Shown here one piece after another: positions 40,560-54,150 of a stretch of DNA of 64,000 bases. Origin of the DNA: Eledone cirrhosa (lineage: Eukaryota). Below the pieces are notes generated by a model. The model was not told the origin of the DNA, did not search any database, and saw only the letters and a program-made list of their open reading frames with translations. Numbering within the stretch: position 1 is the first letter of the stretch; the number at the start of each line of letters is the position of its first letter. Made by a program: the position numbers and the translations under genes. The stretch is taken from positions 128,402,001-128,466,000 of the forward strand of contig OZ024742.1 in the NCBI GenBank assembly GCA_964016885.1, read 5' to 3'.

Positions 40560-41994
40560 TTATCTCTTTCTCTTAATTTCGAGTATATTTTTTTGACCAG
40601 ACACCTTCCTGGTGGCAAGGTTGTAAAAGAAAAGAAATTGTCATCCTTTGAATCGCAAGAATGTTTTGCAAATTTTGAAGGTGTCAGCTATCGCAGGCAT
40701 TTGTAGACTATGAATTAGGGAGCTGCGCTCTTTGTCCGCAAATCCAAGTTCAGTCATACTTTGGTTCAAGCGGGTTGGTATATAACCCGTAGCTCCAATA
40801 ATGATGGGTATGAAGCTAAAGGTGTATCTTGGATACTGGATTTGTAAACTCCTCATCAATGGTCCGTAGATGTCCTCCTTCTCCTGTATTTTTCTGACAA
40901 CGTTTACATCAAGTCGGCAGCTGATCTCCACAACAGAACACGTTTTCAATGTGTGGTCCCAAACAACACTATCAGGCCGATTGTGCTTTAATTTGGTGGC
41001 AGTTTTTATTTTCAGGTTCCACCAGTATTCCTTAGTGCCACCTGTCTCAATATATTCTTCCTCGTTTGTTGTTAATTTTGTTTTCCGAAGTGCGTTCCAG
41101 ATGGTTCTAGCTATCCCATCGTGTCTCATGGGGAGGTAGTAGCGAGATGACATTCTTTCGCAGCTGGCAACAATCTGGCTTACATCCTCGATCTTTGTTT
41201 TACATAGCCTACATTTATTGTCAGCTGATGGCCCTCCCCTTTTGTGCAGCAGATATTTGGTAGGGAGTTCTTGTTCCTGTATTGCATAGAGATATCCCTC
41301 AAGGTGTGATGTCATAAACTTGTCGGAACTCCATGCCAGGCTTTTTGAGTGGTTTATCCCCTCTATGGTCTGTGTTTTACGTCTCAAGTATCCATGCACA
41401 ACTTTTTCTGTAAATTGGTCAATTTTTTCATCTTGTTTGAACATTGAATAGGATCTTCCGATTTCTCTGGGTGAGAGATTTATATCAGGCTTTATTCCAT
41501 ATCTCTCCTCCAGATCAGTCGCTATTCTAATGATATTTTTTTTTTCATGCTCATAAACCTGGGCAAGATGGTTGCCAACCTTTTTCCTCTGTTGAAGGTG
41601 TTGCTTCAGTGTTACTATCCAGGTCTCATATGATGTTAATATGGATTTTAGACCCCGGCCACCTTCCTTGCATGAGAAGTATAGCCTATCCACATCACCA
41701 TTGATGTTAAAGTTCCCAGTAACACTGAGAAGTTTGCGAGTTCTAACATCCATCTCACTTAGTTCTTGCAATGATCAGTTCAGCAGGCCAAATGTTGGCG
41801 TTAGAATTGGCACAGCATAAGTATTGTGGGTAATGTATTTGTTGTACGCTGACAGTTCTGATGACCATATTTTCTTTACTCTTCTGAGGTATTCAGTTCT
41901 GGTTCTCTCCTTATTTATGGGTCCATCATATCTGACATTCTCATCCTGTCCAAGATATCTGTAGTTGTCACCTGACTGTAGAGGTTGTATTGTC
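40560..41994 (-). mobile_element. RLE retrotransposon, longest truncated copy 4 (end of RT, CCHC, RLE)
   Basis: YRYLG, EGGRGL, AIQEQEL, CRLCKTKIEDVSQIVASC, RHD, NRPD, VEISC. Confidence 0.93.
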
Positions 41995-42599
41995 ATGTAT
42001 GCATGCATGCATGTATGTATGCATGCTTATATGCATGTATGTAAGCATGCTTGTATGTTTGCATGTATGTGTGTATATATGTATGTATATATGTATGTAT
42101 GCTTATATATATATGTATGTATATGCCATATATGTTACAATACCTGGAAATCTCAATGAGGTCTGAAGAGACATTTCAATGTTCAAACTGCACCAAGACT
42201 AATGTGCAATTTATGTTGACAGCTTTTTAAAAATATGTCTGGTCTAGAAAGGAAGAGATAGTGGTTGTGACAGAGAAGATTGAAAGAGAGACATAGAGAG
42301 AGGGAGAGGAGACAGAGAAGGAGAATGGAAGGGAGCTGGTGTTGTTGTTGTGTATATATATATATATGTGAGTGTGCATATATATATATATATACATGTG
42401 TGTGTGTCTATGACCAGTGTATACAGATCACAGACAACCACACATATATATACACTCACGCATACATAAATATATGTATACACAAACACATTTATATATA
42501 TACATACACACGTGTATATATGAGCCTTCCAGTTTTATTTCACATTATATACATGTCTGTGTATATTTTAATTATTTAAAAATTATTTTTAAGTGAACA

Positions 42600-44160
42600 T
42601 GATTATAAAAAAATATTTAGAAGTGAACGTGGCCCAATGGGTCAGGGGTGGTCTAGTTATATATATATTTATATAAATATATAGAATGGGGGAAGCAGTA
42701 TACATTACATAGAGACTAGGAGAGAAGCTAGGCGACAAGTATACTTAGCTAGAAGGGAAGAGGTGGATAAAAAATTCAAGCATGTTTTGCAGGGTGAGGA
42801 CCAGAAACAGGAGGTGTGTTAGAGAAATTGTGATGTCATTGGTGAGAAGTGTGTCTGGGATGATAAAGGTTAGCTTGCCCTCACAAGTGCTGAGAAGAAA
42901 GCTGCATGGAAGAGCCATTATGAAAGATTACTGAATGAGGAGAATGCATGGGAGAAAGAGACCCTACCTCAAGTGGACCATATAGAGGGTCCAGCAATAC
43001 AAGGTAGCAGCAGTGTAGTAAGTAAGGCATTTAAAGATATGAAGACTGGGAAGGCAACCGGCCCATCGGGTATAGCTGCCGCGATGCTGAAAGCATCTGG
43101 TTAGTAGGTCACACCATAACCACACGTAGTTAACAAAGTAATACTAGAGGGTGTTATACCAAAGGATTGGTGCAGCAACATCATTGTCAACTGCTATAAG
43201 GGTAAAGGTGATGCACTAGATAGAGGAAACTATAGAGGTATAAAGCTGATGGACCAGGTCATGAAAATAACAGGAAGTGTTATAGCACAGCTGATTAGGC
43301 ACTGGGTAAATCTAGTTTGGATTTGTACCAGGCAAAAGCACCACTGATGCTCTCTTCCTTGTGAGGCAGTTACAGGAAAAGTACCTAGCTAAAATGAAGC
43401 CGTTCTACCTGGCATTTGTTCGATCTGGTAAAATCTAGGAGTAAATGAATGGCTTGTGAAGGCTGTAAAAGCCATGTATAGGGGAGCAGTCAGCAAAGCT
43501 AGGGTTAACAATGATTATAGTGAGAAATCTAGCATACAGGTCGGTGTCCACCAGGGCTCTGTTCTTACCCCTCTCCAATTTATTATCGTATTGCAGGCTA
43601 TAACAGAGGAGTTTAAGACCAGATGCCCATGAGAACTTCTGTACATGGATGATCTTACACTTATAGCTTAATCTATGGTGGAACTAGAGAAGAAATTCCA
43701 AACATGGAAGCAAACCTAGAAAGAAGGGGGTCTCAAAGTTAAGATCCTTGTAAGTAGACAAGAAAACAGAATCCAGATCTCCTCAGGGAAATGGCCTTGC
43801 TCAGTATGCAGGAAAGGTGTAGGTAGAAATTCCATCCTCTGCCCCAAATGCAAACTATGGGTACACAGGACTGAGACCTCTGGCGTTACGCAGTAATACA
43901 GAAGACTCGACTTTCCACGGGTGCAAGTCAAAGCTGAAGCATATAGACAGTATGCCCCTATTCTCCTCTCACTGTAAAGTGGTCGTGTAGGTGTCATGAC
44001 AAAAAGCACCCAGTATTCACTATAAATGAGGTTGGCATTAGAAAGGGCATCCAACTTTAGAACCAAGCCAGAATTAGTTCTGTATGAGCAAGACATGGTC
44101 ACTTGATAACTCATCTAACCCATGCTAGGGTGGAAAAATGGGTGTAAAACGGTGATCAGG
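42600..44160 (+). mobile_element. Degenerate, internally deleted RTE LINE
   Basis: Nucleotide similarity to the reverse complement of 49452-51800 (KGKGDALDRGNYRGIKL, GVHQGSVL). Confidence 0.88.
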
Positions 44161-44199
44161 ATAATGATGTATACACATATATATGTATATATATGTATG

Positions 44200-44254
<55 letters not shown>

Positions 44255-45347
44255 GTATATAAATATACATATATATATCGTCTAACCCATGCTAGTGTGG
44301 AAGATAAATGTTAAGCGATGATGATGATGACATAATTATATATATATAATAAATCATCATCATCTACATCATCATTGTTTAATGTCCATATTCCGACACT
44401 AGCATGGGTTTGACAAATTGTCCTGTTCATAAAAATGTCAGATCAGATGACCGAGTCTTACTCATACAGAAGGGTTTCTGGCTTGGTTTCTAAGGTTGGA
44501 TGCCCTTCCTAATGTCAACCACAGTTAAAGTGTGGAGGCTGGCTGCTTTTTATTTTGACACCAAAATCATCACTTGACATTGTGAACACTTTTTAGTGCC
44601 TTTTTACAAAATATTTTCATCTGAGTAGACAGGAGCAACTGAAAATGAGTACCAGTAATAGCTGTAGGTTAACTTTGTAATGAACTAGCATCCAGTCCAG
44701 AATGGGGAGGTCTTGTACTCTCTGTTGCTCAATGCCAATGAAACAAGAATAAGCATCTGCCTGATGAACCACCAGGTTTGGGGTAGACTTCAACTTTTAT
44801 GTAACAAAGTATTAGCACTTTTTAGCATACTTTTGACCATAATTTAATGCATTTACCCATGAAAACATTAGCAATACTCGTTGTATTTATGTAGAAAACC
44901 AGATAGAGGGTGTGAATAAACGAAGAACTCTTCAATCAAGCAACTGACATTTTGTCCACTCGGATGAAATGGATATCATTGCTATTGTTCACTCGATCAG
45001 GAAGAACAAGTTTCAGGGAAAATTAAGTGGAAACAGATATGTATTAGTTTATCATGATTTAACACATGTTTTGTAATCAATTGAGAGTCAGCAAATCATA
45101 ATTTGTTTATCCCTAGCTCAACCCTGATTAAATATACCTGTCATAAAAAGCTCCCATCCATGACCATCTTATCTTTTAAAGCGTGTGTTGAACTCCATTA
45201 TCTAATGTATGTTCTCCTTATTAAGATGGTAGGATGCAGGGTTTATTTTAAGGAAATTTTACAACTGCACAAATTGTTGAGGCAGGTACTATGACTCAGT
45301 GTTTGATATTGTCTAAGCCAGAGAAGTATTTATAATTGTTATTTTGA

Positions 45348-45536
45348 CGCTTTAGCATTTACATTTCTCTATATTTATTATAATTATCTCACATAATATC
45401 AAATCTATGAGATTTTGATATTATTTATTTTGAGAACAATACCTTAACATCAGTATGAGCAACTGATTATAGCTGGTTTGAACAGAAAGAGATGAGAGAA
45501 TTCTGGCTGGATATGGCCAGTTTCAATGCTAAATGG
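45348..45536. mobile_element. Second copy of the piggyBac-like MITE, inverted relative to 20371
   Basis: CTTTAGCATTTAC...AATGCTAAATGG|TTAA and internal similarity. Confidence 0.72.
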
Positions 45537-45589
45537 TTAAACATTTTATGAGTGTTTTAAATCTTTCAACCATGATTTACTGTGCAAAC

Positions 45590-45818
45590 ATGCTGCACAA
45601 ATTAGATTTAGGACTGTTCAAAATTACATTTAGAATTGCACAAAATTAGATTTAGGACTGCACAAAATTGTATTTAGGACTGCACAAAATTACATTTAGA
45701 ACAGCACAAAATTGAATTTAGGACTGCACAAAATTGTATTTAGGACTGTACAAAATTGTATTTAGGACTGCACAAAATTGTATTGAGGACTGCACAATAT
45801 TAGATTTAGGACTGCACA
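45590..45818. repeat. 22-bp minisatellite (TTTAGGACTGCACAAAATTGTA)n, ~10 copies
   Basis: Seen directly. Confidence 0.93.
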
Positions 45819-46120
45819 TGTAGGGATTAACAGCATGTTGAAATAATCACTAGTACAGTGAGATTTAAGGGGGGTTTGGCTGCTTTTTTCAGCAGGCTGA
45901 GCAATTGCCTAGAGGTTTCTGCCTCATGATGGTGGTACCTTTATTTTTGTTATTTAGCCCCACTATCAATAACATATAATGGTTTCTGATTTTAGGCACA
46001 AGGCCAACAATTTTTAGGGGAGGAAAAAGTCGATTAAATGAACCCCAGTACATTACCGGTACTTTATTTATAGAAATATATAGAAATATATAAAAGGCTA
46101 AGGATGATAAATATAACAAA

Positions 46121-46336
46121 GTAATGTTTTACTCAGTATATTTTAACATAATATTTTAAGGTTATTACCCTCTTTTCAAATGTAAAATGAAAACAGTTCA
46201 AAACAAAAACAAATGATCAATGAGTTCTTCCCTTATTGATCATGTATTTTTGTTTTGAAACGTTTCTGTTTTACATTTGAAAAGAGGGTTATAACGTTGA
46301 AATATCATATTAAAATATACTGTGTAAAACATTACA
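46121..46336. mobile_element. AT-rich fold-back (MITE-like) palindrome
   Basis: GTAATGTTTTAC..CCCTCTTTTCAAATGTAAAA..TGATCAAT vs ATTGATCA..TTTTACATTTGAAAAGAGGG..GTAAAACATTAC. Confidence 0.8.
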
Positions 46337-46424
46337 TTGTTTTGCTTGTCCTCCCTTGCCCTTTTATATATTTTTACTGCCTTAAACCAGCTTTTTCAAA
46401 CTTATCTGTGATTTATTACACAAA

Positions 46425-46770
46425 TTTCATTTCATTTCATTTCATTTTACGTCCGCTTTTTTCCTGCTTGCAAGGGTGAGACAGGAACTGATTCTGGCTT
46501 GATTTCTACAGTTGGATGCCCTTCCTAACACCAACCTCATTTACAGTGAGTGCTGGGTGCTTTTTTGCCGTGGCACCTCCACAACCACTTTGCAGTGGAA
46601 TGATATGGACCCCAGTGCCTATCATCTCATTTCTACAGCTGAGTAAACTGGAGCAATGTGAAATAAAGTGTCTTGCTCAAGGAAACAACACATCACCCGG
46701 TCTGAGAATTGAACTCACAACCTTTCGATTGCAAGGCCAATGCTCTAACCACTAAGCCAGGTGCCTCCAA
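46425..46770 (-). mobile_element. tRNA-head, CORE-like SINE with RTE-derived 3' tail
   Basis: TGGCTTAGTGG / GAGTTCAATTC boxes; CCTTGAGCAAGACACTT core; tail matches the RTE 3' UTR; (ATGAA)n end. Confidence 0.85.
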
Positions 46771-47184
46771 ATATAATTATAAATTTGAAACAAACAGTAT
46801 CACAAAACCAACTACAGTTTCGAGTAGATAAGTATCAAAACAGTTGAATGATTGTGTTGTCACCATGGAATATATGCAACTTACGTAAAAATGTGTGAAG
46901 TAAATTTACTCAGGTGGAAGCTATGTAGTTAAACTTGCTTATGGCTATTTATATTTGGTGATTAAACTAATGTATTGTAATTACCAACTGCGGAGTTGGT
47001 CCCCCAAATAACGCAACTGGTCTTCAGAGAATAAGGATGTTGTTACAACTGTAGTTATGGAAACAAATCTAGAATCATTGAGGCATGACAAAACTTCATT
47101 ACTTCATAATCAGACACGAAACAAACTATGGCAGTAAGCTGTAAAATTTATTGGAGCAGAAATGTATCCATATATTTATATCAA

Positions 47185-47295
47185 GGTGATGTTGTTGGTG
47201 GTGACTGTGATGATGATGGTGGTGGTGGTGGTGGTGGTGGTGATGGTTGTGATGGTGGTTGTTAGGGGTAGTTGCGACAATGATGGTAGTAGTTG

Positions 47296-47326
<31 letters not shown>

Positions 47327-47432
47327 AGAGGTTGTGGTGATGAGGATGATGATGGTTGTGGAGGTGGTAGTTGTGATAATTATGGTGGTCGTGGTTGTGA
47401 TGATGATGGTGGTGGTGGAGGTGGTGATGATG
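47185..47432. repeat. (GAT/GGT)n low-complexity tract
   Basis: Seen directly. Confidence 0.93.
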
Positions 47433-47510
47433 GTAAACATTAGACAAATGTGAATGAACATGCAAGCATATATAACCTTATGCATTGAAACTTACTATAT
47501 ATATATATAT

Positions 47511-47815
47511 TTCCTTGAGCAAGACACTTTATTTCACATTACTCCAGTTTACTCAGCTGTAGAAATGAGATGATAGGGATTGGGGTTCCTATCACTCCAC
47601 TGCAAAGTGGTCGTAGAGGTGCCACGGCAAAAAAGCCATCAGCTCACACTGTACAGTGGACGTGTAGGCGCCACAGAAAAAAAGCCTCCAGCATTCACTG
47701 TAAATGAGGTTGGTGTTAGGAAGGGCATCCAGCTGTAGAAATCAAGCCAGAATCAGGTCCCGTCCCACCCTTGCAAGCAGGGAAAAGCGGACGTAAAATA
47801 AAATGAAATGAATGT
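47511..47815 (+). mobile_element. 5'-truncated copy of the same SINE
   Basis: Reverse-complement match to 46425-46685. Confidence 0.85.
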
Positions 47816-48064
47816 AATAATATATGCTGAGTAGCCTGTCGTTGGTGGGCAATAATTACAATAGTATACCTTTATTTCAATTTTCTCTTTATTCCTTGCA
47901 AGACCATGTCAACCGCAAAAGATAGTCCCCTTGATGAGAACAGATTTCTTTATTGATTCGGTCAATTTATAATGTTTGTATAAACAATGTTTGTTGTTTT
48001 TTCCATCTGGTACATAGATGTAAAGATTTTTCTGACTTCCTACTCTTGAACATTCAATGTAAAG

Positions 48065-49073
48065 CTGACCTTAGCAGAGGAGTTTAAAACTGGCTGCCCA
48101 TGGGAACTTCTCTGTGCAGATGATTTGGTCCTTATAGCTGAATCTATAACAGAACTAGAACATAAGTTCCGACTATGGAAACGGAATTTGGAATCAAAGT
48201 GACTGAAGGGAAACTTAGCCAAAACTAAAGTGCTAGTGAGTAGGAAAGAAGATAAGACCCTGATCCCTTCTGGGAAGTGGCCTTGCTCAATATGTCAAAA
48301 GAGAGTAGACATAAACTCCATACAGAGTACACAATGTAAATCTTGGGTACACAAGAGATGTAGACTAACAGGAAAGGAAGACTTTGTATGTAGAAGATGC
48401 TCAGGAGTAATTGAGGAAAAGACTGTCAATGATATAAACCTCTTCAAGTAACAGGAAGGGTCCATAGAAGTGGTTGATAGCTTCTGCTATCTAGGTGACT
48501 TAATCAGCAGTGGGAGAGGGTGCTCTGAGAGCATAATAACTAAAATAAGCATAGGGTGGAAGAAGTTTAGAGAGTTACTCCCACTGTTGACAACAAAAGG
48601 TTTTTCCCTACATACAAAAGAATGACTGATGATGCCTAAGTGTGATGCTTCACGGCAGTGACCGCAGAAGATATGCATAGACATGAGAGAAATGAAGCAG
48701 ACATACTTTGTTGGATGTGCAATGTAAGCATGAGAGAAAGGCAGAGTTTGGATGAACTGAGTGAGAAACTGGGTTTAAGAGGAATCTGAGATGGTGTGCA
48801 GGAGAGAAGACTGAGTTGGTACAGACATGTAATGTGCATGGATGATGACAGATGGGTGAAGAAGTGCAAGGAAATAGCAATGGAAGGAAGTCGCAGTAGA
48901 GGTGGACCAAGAAAGACCCGGACAGAGGTGGTGAGAGCTGACCTTAAATTTCTGAGACTCACAGAGGAGATGACGAAGAAATGGGATGGGTGGAGAGATG
49001 CTGTGCTGAGAAGGACCTATCTAACTCATGCAAGAGTGGAAAAACAGATGTAAAAATGATGATGATGATGATG
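48065..49073 (+). mobile_element. RTE LINE 3' fragment of another subfamily
   Basis: TGCPWELLCADDL; WPCSICQK..WVHKRC; QERRLSWYRHVM; (GAT)n tail. Confidence 0.88.
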
Positions 49074-49451
49074 TATATATTAGTGTAGGTGTTTAAAATA
49101 CCATTCTACTTAAAACATTCACTTTAACTGAACCATCTCACAAGAAGACTGTTCTATTGGTAAAAAAAAGAGTAACACTCATCATCAAAACCAATGGAAG
49201 TCCATTCCGCTCCCCTCCTGTATATATTTTTGTGTATACATGCTTGTTATTTTGTGTGTGATTGACTTATGCATGTGTACATATACATATGTTTCTTATG
49301 CTTTTCAAAAGTAGAATTGAGTTAGAGGGTTTGTGGTTTTTCTCGCTAGTGGTTGGTGTTCGAATGTTACTTCTATTTTATGTGGAAAAAAGTGGCTCAA
49401 AAATGTTGTTTTTTATAAATGTAATTTGATTGGTTATGACTGTCACGTATA

Positions 49452-52055
49452 TATCATCATCACCATTTTACGTCCGTTCTTCCATGCTAGCATGGGGTAG
49501 ACCGGTTGTCATGTTGTGGGCAATGTCTGGTTGGCTGACCATGCCTTGCTTATACAGGAACTGATTTTGGCTTGATTTCTACAGCTGGATGCCCTTCCTA
49601 ATACCAACCTCATTTACAGTGAGTGCTGGGTGCTTTTTTCTGTGGCGCCTACACGTCCACTTTACAGTGTGGGCTGGGTGCTTTTTTGACGTGGCACCTC
49701 CACGACCACTTTGCAGTGGGAGGGTGTGGGGGCATATTGTCTACCTGCTTCAGCTTGTACCCATGGGAGGTCGGGTACTCTGTATTACTGCGTGACGTCA
49801 GAGGTCACGGTCGTGTGTCATCGCCTTTGAGAGGTGTAATTGGGTAAGGTCGACTTTTATCACCTCATCCCAGGTCTTGGGTCTCCCCACTCTGCAGTTT
49901 CCAATGACTTCTAGTGCTCTGCACCTTTTTATGCAGCTGTCATCCTTCATATGCATCACATGTCCATACCAAGCAACCGCCTCTCCTGCACACAGCATTT
50001 GATTCCTCTTATACTCAGTCTCTCTCTCAATTCATTTATGTTTTGCCGTTTGTGTATTACACATCCATCGGAGCATGCAGGCTTCGTTTCTTTCTAATCT
50101 ACGTAAGTCTTCCACCTTCAGTGCCCAGGTCTCACTACCATGTAACATTGCTGTTCATATACACGCATCATACAGTCTGCCTTTCATTTTGAGGGAAAAG
50201 CCTTTTGCAGCTAGCAGTGGCAGTAGTTCCCTGAACTTTTTCCATCCTGTTCTTACCCTAGTTATTGTACTTTCTGAACACCCACCTCCGCTGCTAATTC
50301 GGTCACCTAGGTAGCAGAAGCTGTCTACTGTTTCTACAGAGCCCTCCCAGAGATTGGTGGTACTTGTTTCCTGTGGCTGTTTGCTGCTTGCTGTCCCAGC
50401 ACAGCTGCTACATGTGAAGCTTACATTCTTAATTAAGCTTCCTGAGATCCCGCTACATCTCTTGTGTACCCATTGTTTGCATTTGGGGCAGAGAATGGAG
50501 TTCCTACCTACACCTTTCCTACATACTGAGCAAGGTCATTTCCCTGAGAGGATCTGGGTTCTGTTTTCTAGTCTACTTACAAGGACCTTAGTCTTTGTCA
50601 GGTTGACTTTGAGACCCTTTCTTTCTAGTCCCTGCTTCCAAGTTTGGAATTTCTTCTCTAGTTCTACCATATAAGTGCGAGGTCATCTGCATACAGGAGT
50701 TCCCATGGGCATCCGGTCTTAAACTCCTCCGTTATTGCCTGCAGGACTTTGATGAACAGGAGAGGGCTAAGAACAGAGCCCTGGTGGACACCAACCTGTA
50801 CGCTAAATTCCTCGCTATACTCATTGCTAATCCTAACTTTGCTGACTGCTCCCCTATACATGGCTTGTACAGCTTTCACAAGCCATTCATCTACTCCTAG
50901 TTTTCTAAGAGCCCACCAGATTATAGCACATGGAACTCTGTCAAAGGCTTTCTCGAGATCGACGAATGCCAGGTAGAGTGGCTTACTTTTAGCTAGGTAC
51001 TTTTCCTGTAACTGCCTCACAAGGAAGAGCGCATCAGTGGTGCCTCTTCCTGGTACAAACCCAAATTGCATCTCATCTAGTTTCACCCAGTCCCTAATCA
51101 ACTGTGCTATAACTCTTTTTGTTACTTTCATGACCTGGTCCATCAGCTTTATACCTCTATAGTTTCCTCTATCTAGTGCATCACCTTTACCTTTGTAGCA
51201 GTTGACAATGATGCTACTGCACCAATCTTTTGGTATGACACCTAGTATTACCTGGTTAACAATACGTGTGGTTATAGTGTGACCTACAGACCCAGATGCC
51301 TTCAGCATCGCGGCAGCTATACCCGATGGACCGGTTGCCTTCCCCATCTTCATATCTTTGATTGCCTTACTTACTACGCTGCTGCTGACTTGTACTGCTG
51401 GCCCCTCTATAGGGTCTACTTGGGGTAGGGTCTCTTCTTCCCATGCATTCTTCTCATTTAGTAATCTATCATAATGGCTATTCCATGCATCTTTCTTCTC
51501 AGCACTTGTGAGGGCAAGCTCGCCTTTATCATTCTGGATACACTTCTCTCCAATGACATCACAATTCTCTCTGACACACTGCTTCGCAATCTTGAACACC
51601 TCCTGTTTCTGGTCCTCACGTTGCAAAGCATGCTTGAATTTTCTATCCTCTGCTTCCCTCCTAGCTAAGTATACTTGTCGCCTAGCTTCCCTCTTGGTCT
51701 CTATGTAATGTACCCTGCTTCCCCCATTCTTCCATTCTTTCCATGCCCGTCTCTTGGCCTTAACTGCCTCATCTACCTTATTGTTCCACCACCAAGTCAC
51801 TCTCCTCCTGCTTGTGGTCTTACTCCAGCCACAGATCTCATCCGTCGCCTCTAGTAAGTTATTTTTTAGGAACTCCCAGTGCTCTTCTACATTGAATGTC
51901 TATATCTGTTCTTCTTTACTGTCATAGGCATTGAGTAAAATATCTTTAAATCTGTTACTGTCTGAGGGGTCTTTCAGCTTCCAGATCTTTCTTCTCCAGG
52001 TTGGCCTCTGTTTCCAGGTTCATCTAGTTCTGACCGCGAGGTCGCTGACAACTTG
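49452..52055 (-). mobile_element. Longest RTE LINE copy (RT + PHD-like cluster + 3' UTR), 5'-truncated and degenerate
   Basis: ORF 50664..51800: NYRGIKL, QFGFVPGRGTTDA, AFVDLEKAFDRV, GVHQGSVLSP, YADD. Confidence 0.95.
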
Positions 52056-52057
52056 AT

Positions 52058-53945
52058 ATATCTATATATATATATCTGTACATATATAAAATTAAGTATG
52101 TGTGTCTGTGTATTACCTATAGGGGCCTACATCTTACGACCGATTTTCATGAAACTTTACAGACTCATAGATTAGTCACCGGGGAATGTTTTATTCTGCA
52201 GATAAAAATCGATAGGGGGGGTCACCTTTTTTTAGGTATCTAAAAATAAGATTTTTGGCTCTAGCTCCCACATTTTGCCACCGATTTTGTTCAAATTTTA
52301 AAGCAAAATATAATTTATCATTGCACATCCTGTAATGGCTTTATATTTTGCATTTGTTATTCAGGGACGGCGTGGCAGCCACTTAAATATTCAAAAATAC
52401 CACTTTTTCGGCTCTAGCTCCCACATTAATCAACCTAATTTGTTCAAATTTTACACTATGCTAGATCTGACTATTTCACGTCTTAAAGTGGCTTTATATT
52501 TTGGATTTTTTGTTCAGGAACGGCGTGGCAGCCGCTTAAATATTCGAAAATACCACCTTTTCGCTCAAATTTCCGCCTTTTCGGCTCTAGCTCCCACATT
52601 TTTCAACCGATCTCGTTCAAATTCGAAACTTCGGCTCCACCTCACACAAATCAATTTATTTGGTTCAACTTTTATACTACGATAGAACCTATCATTGCAC
52701 ATCTTATAGTAGCTTTACACTTTGCATTTTTTGTTCAGGGACGGCGACCTATGAAAAGGTGACGTGGTTGCCTAAACACTGTACGGCGTAATTCGGGCTG
52801 TTTGTTTGTTTACAAACAAACAAACCGAGCATTATAATAAATGTTCGGTAAACCGATACATGCATATATATATATATATGTGTGCATGTATGTATATATA
52901 TACATACTACTGTACGTCTGTATACATATATGTATGTACGTATACATGTATAGCGACGTGGTTAGTCAGTCTAGTCACTACTTCTGATCAGATCCGAGAA
53001 TAGCCCTTAGAAGGACTCTTATCGCATATGGTCTGATCAGATCTGAAGATAGCCCTTAAAAGGACTGTTGTCGCATATAGCCCTTAAAAGAACTGTTGAG
53101 GATGGACAGACGAAAGGACGAAGCAAAGTGAGATGTAAATTCGATCAGCTATTTATTTTCACATGAAGCGACGATACGAGGTACAAGGCGTGTGAGTGAC
53201 AAAGCGTGGTAGAGGCGAGGAACAATGATGCGCTAGCTGACTCTGCCAAAAGTCGACTGCTGAAGTGTTTGGAACCACTCTATTTATACAGAAATAATCG
53301 TTTGATGTTTAGCCGGTGTGTAGGCCTTTATTCTGGTAGGTTTTAAGGTTTCTTTTGTTTCACGTTGATGTAGCTAGCTAACAGGTAGATGGCGCTGTAT
53401 ATTTCACAGATGTTATTTCCGGTGGCTGTACACATACATAACATTTAAGTAAGTGCCGTACTAAGAGTGAGAAATGAAATTTCGTTTCATTCTATTCCAT
53501 TTATCGTTTTCGGTGCGCCCAGCCGACTGAACTCACTCGTTATGCAAATTAGCCTGCTCAGTCGTTAATATGCATAAGGAAAGTATATACTTTCAGACGT
53601 TCAACCATCTGGCAGGAAGGTAAACGATGCTGACGATAGCTAATAAGCTTGAAACTAGTACATCGTTCCTGTGTCAGTGTTGAACAAAAAGGTGACGTGG
53701 TTGCCTAAACACTGTACGGCGTAATTCAGGCTGTTTGTTTGTTTACAAACAAACAAACCGAGCATTATAATAAATTTTCAGTAAACCGATACGTGCATGT
53801 ATATATGTGTGCATGTATGTATATATATATACATACTACTGTACGTCTGTATACATATATGTATGTACGTATACATACATACTTACATTTAAGTAACTGC
53901 CGTACTAAGAGTGAGAAATGAAATTTCCTTTCATTCTATTCCATA
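52058..53945 (+). mobile_element. Helitron-like non-autonomous element region with internal tandem repeats and a ~250-bp direct duplication
   Basis: Starts ATCTATAT...CCGATTTTCATGAAACTT; GGCTCTAGCTCCCACATT x3; block starting 52754 repeated at 53688; 3' end not identified. Confidence 0.45.
52947..53432 (-). mobile_element. Solo LTR (486 bp)
   Basis: TGTATAGC...GCTGTACA termini; flanks tataca/cataca; minus-strand TATAAATA (~53285) upstream of AATAAA (~53155); absent from the paralogous block at ~53872. Confidence 0.75.
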
Positions 53946-54107
53946 TATATATATTGTTATAGTTAGGGAGGGTCATGTTGCCAATAAGAAATACACGCAC
54001 CAGTTGCTTTCACTTCAATTTATTATAATAAATTTATAATAAATTTATAAATTTATAAATTTCTGGTTGGTTGGTTGGTTCCACAACCAGATAGTTGTTT
54101 ATATATT

Positions 54108-54150
54108 GTCATAGTTCTTTCGTCACACACTCTGTGACCTCTTCAGTGAC
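54108..54150 (-). ncRNA. Minimal type-I hammerhead ribozyme (inverted arm)
   Basis: Exact reverse complement of 54257-54299. Confidence 0.8.

Noticed and set aside
42158-42202. CTGAAGA-gacatttcaatgtt-CAAA hammerhead-like motif, and a similar weak hit at ~11945-11980 (-)
   Set aside because: GAAA is absent and stems I and III do not close
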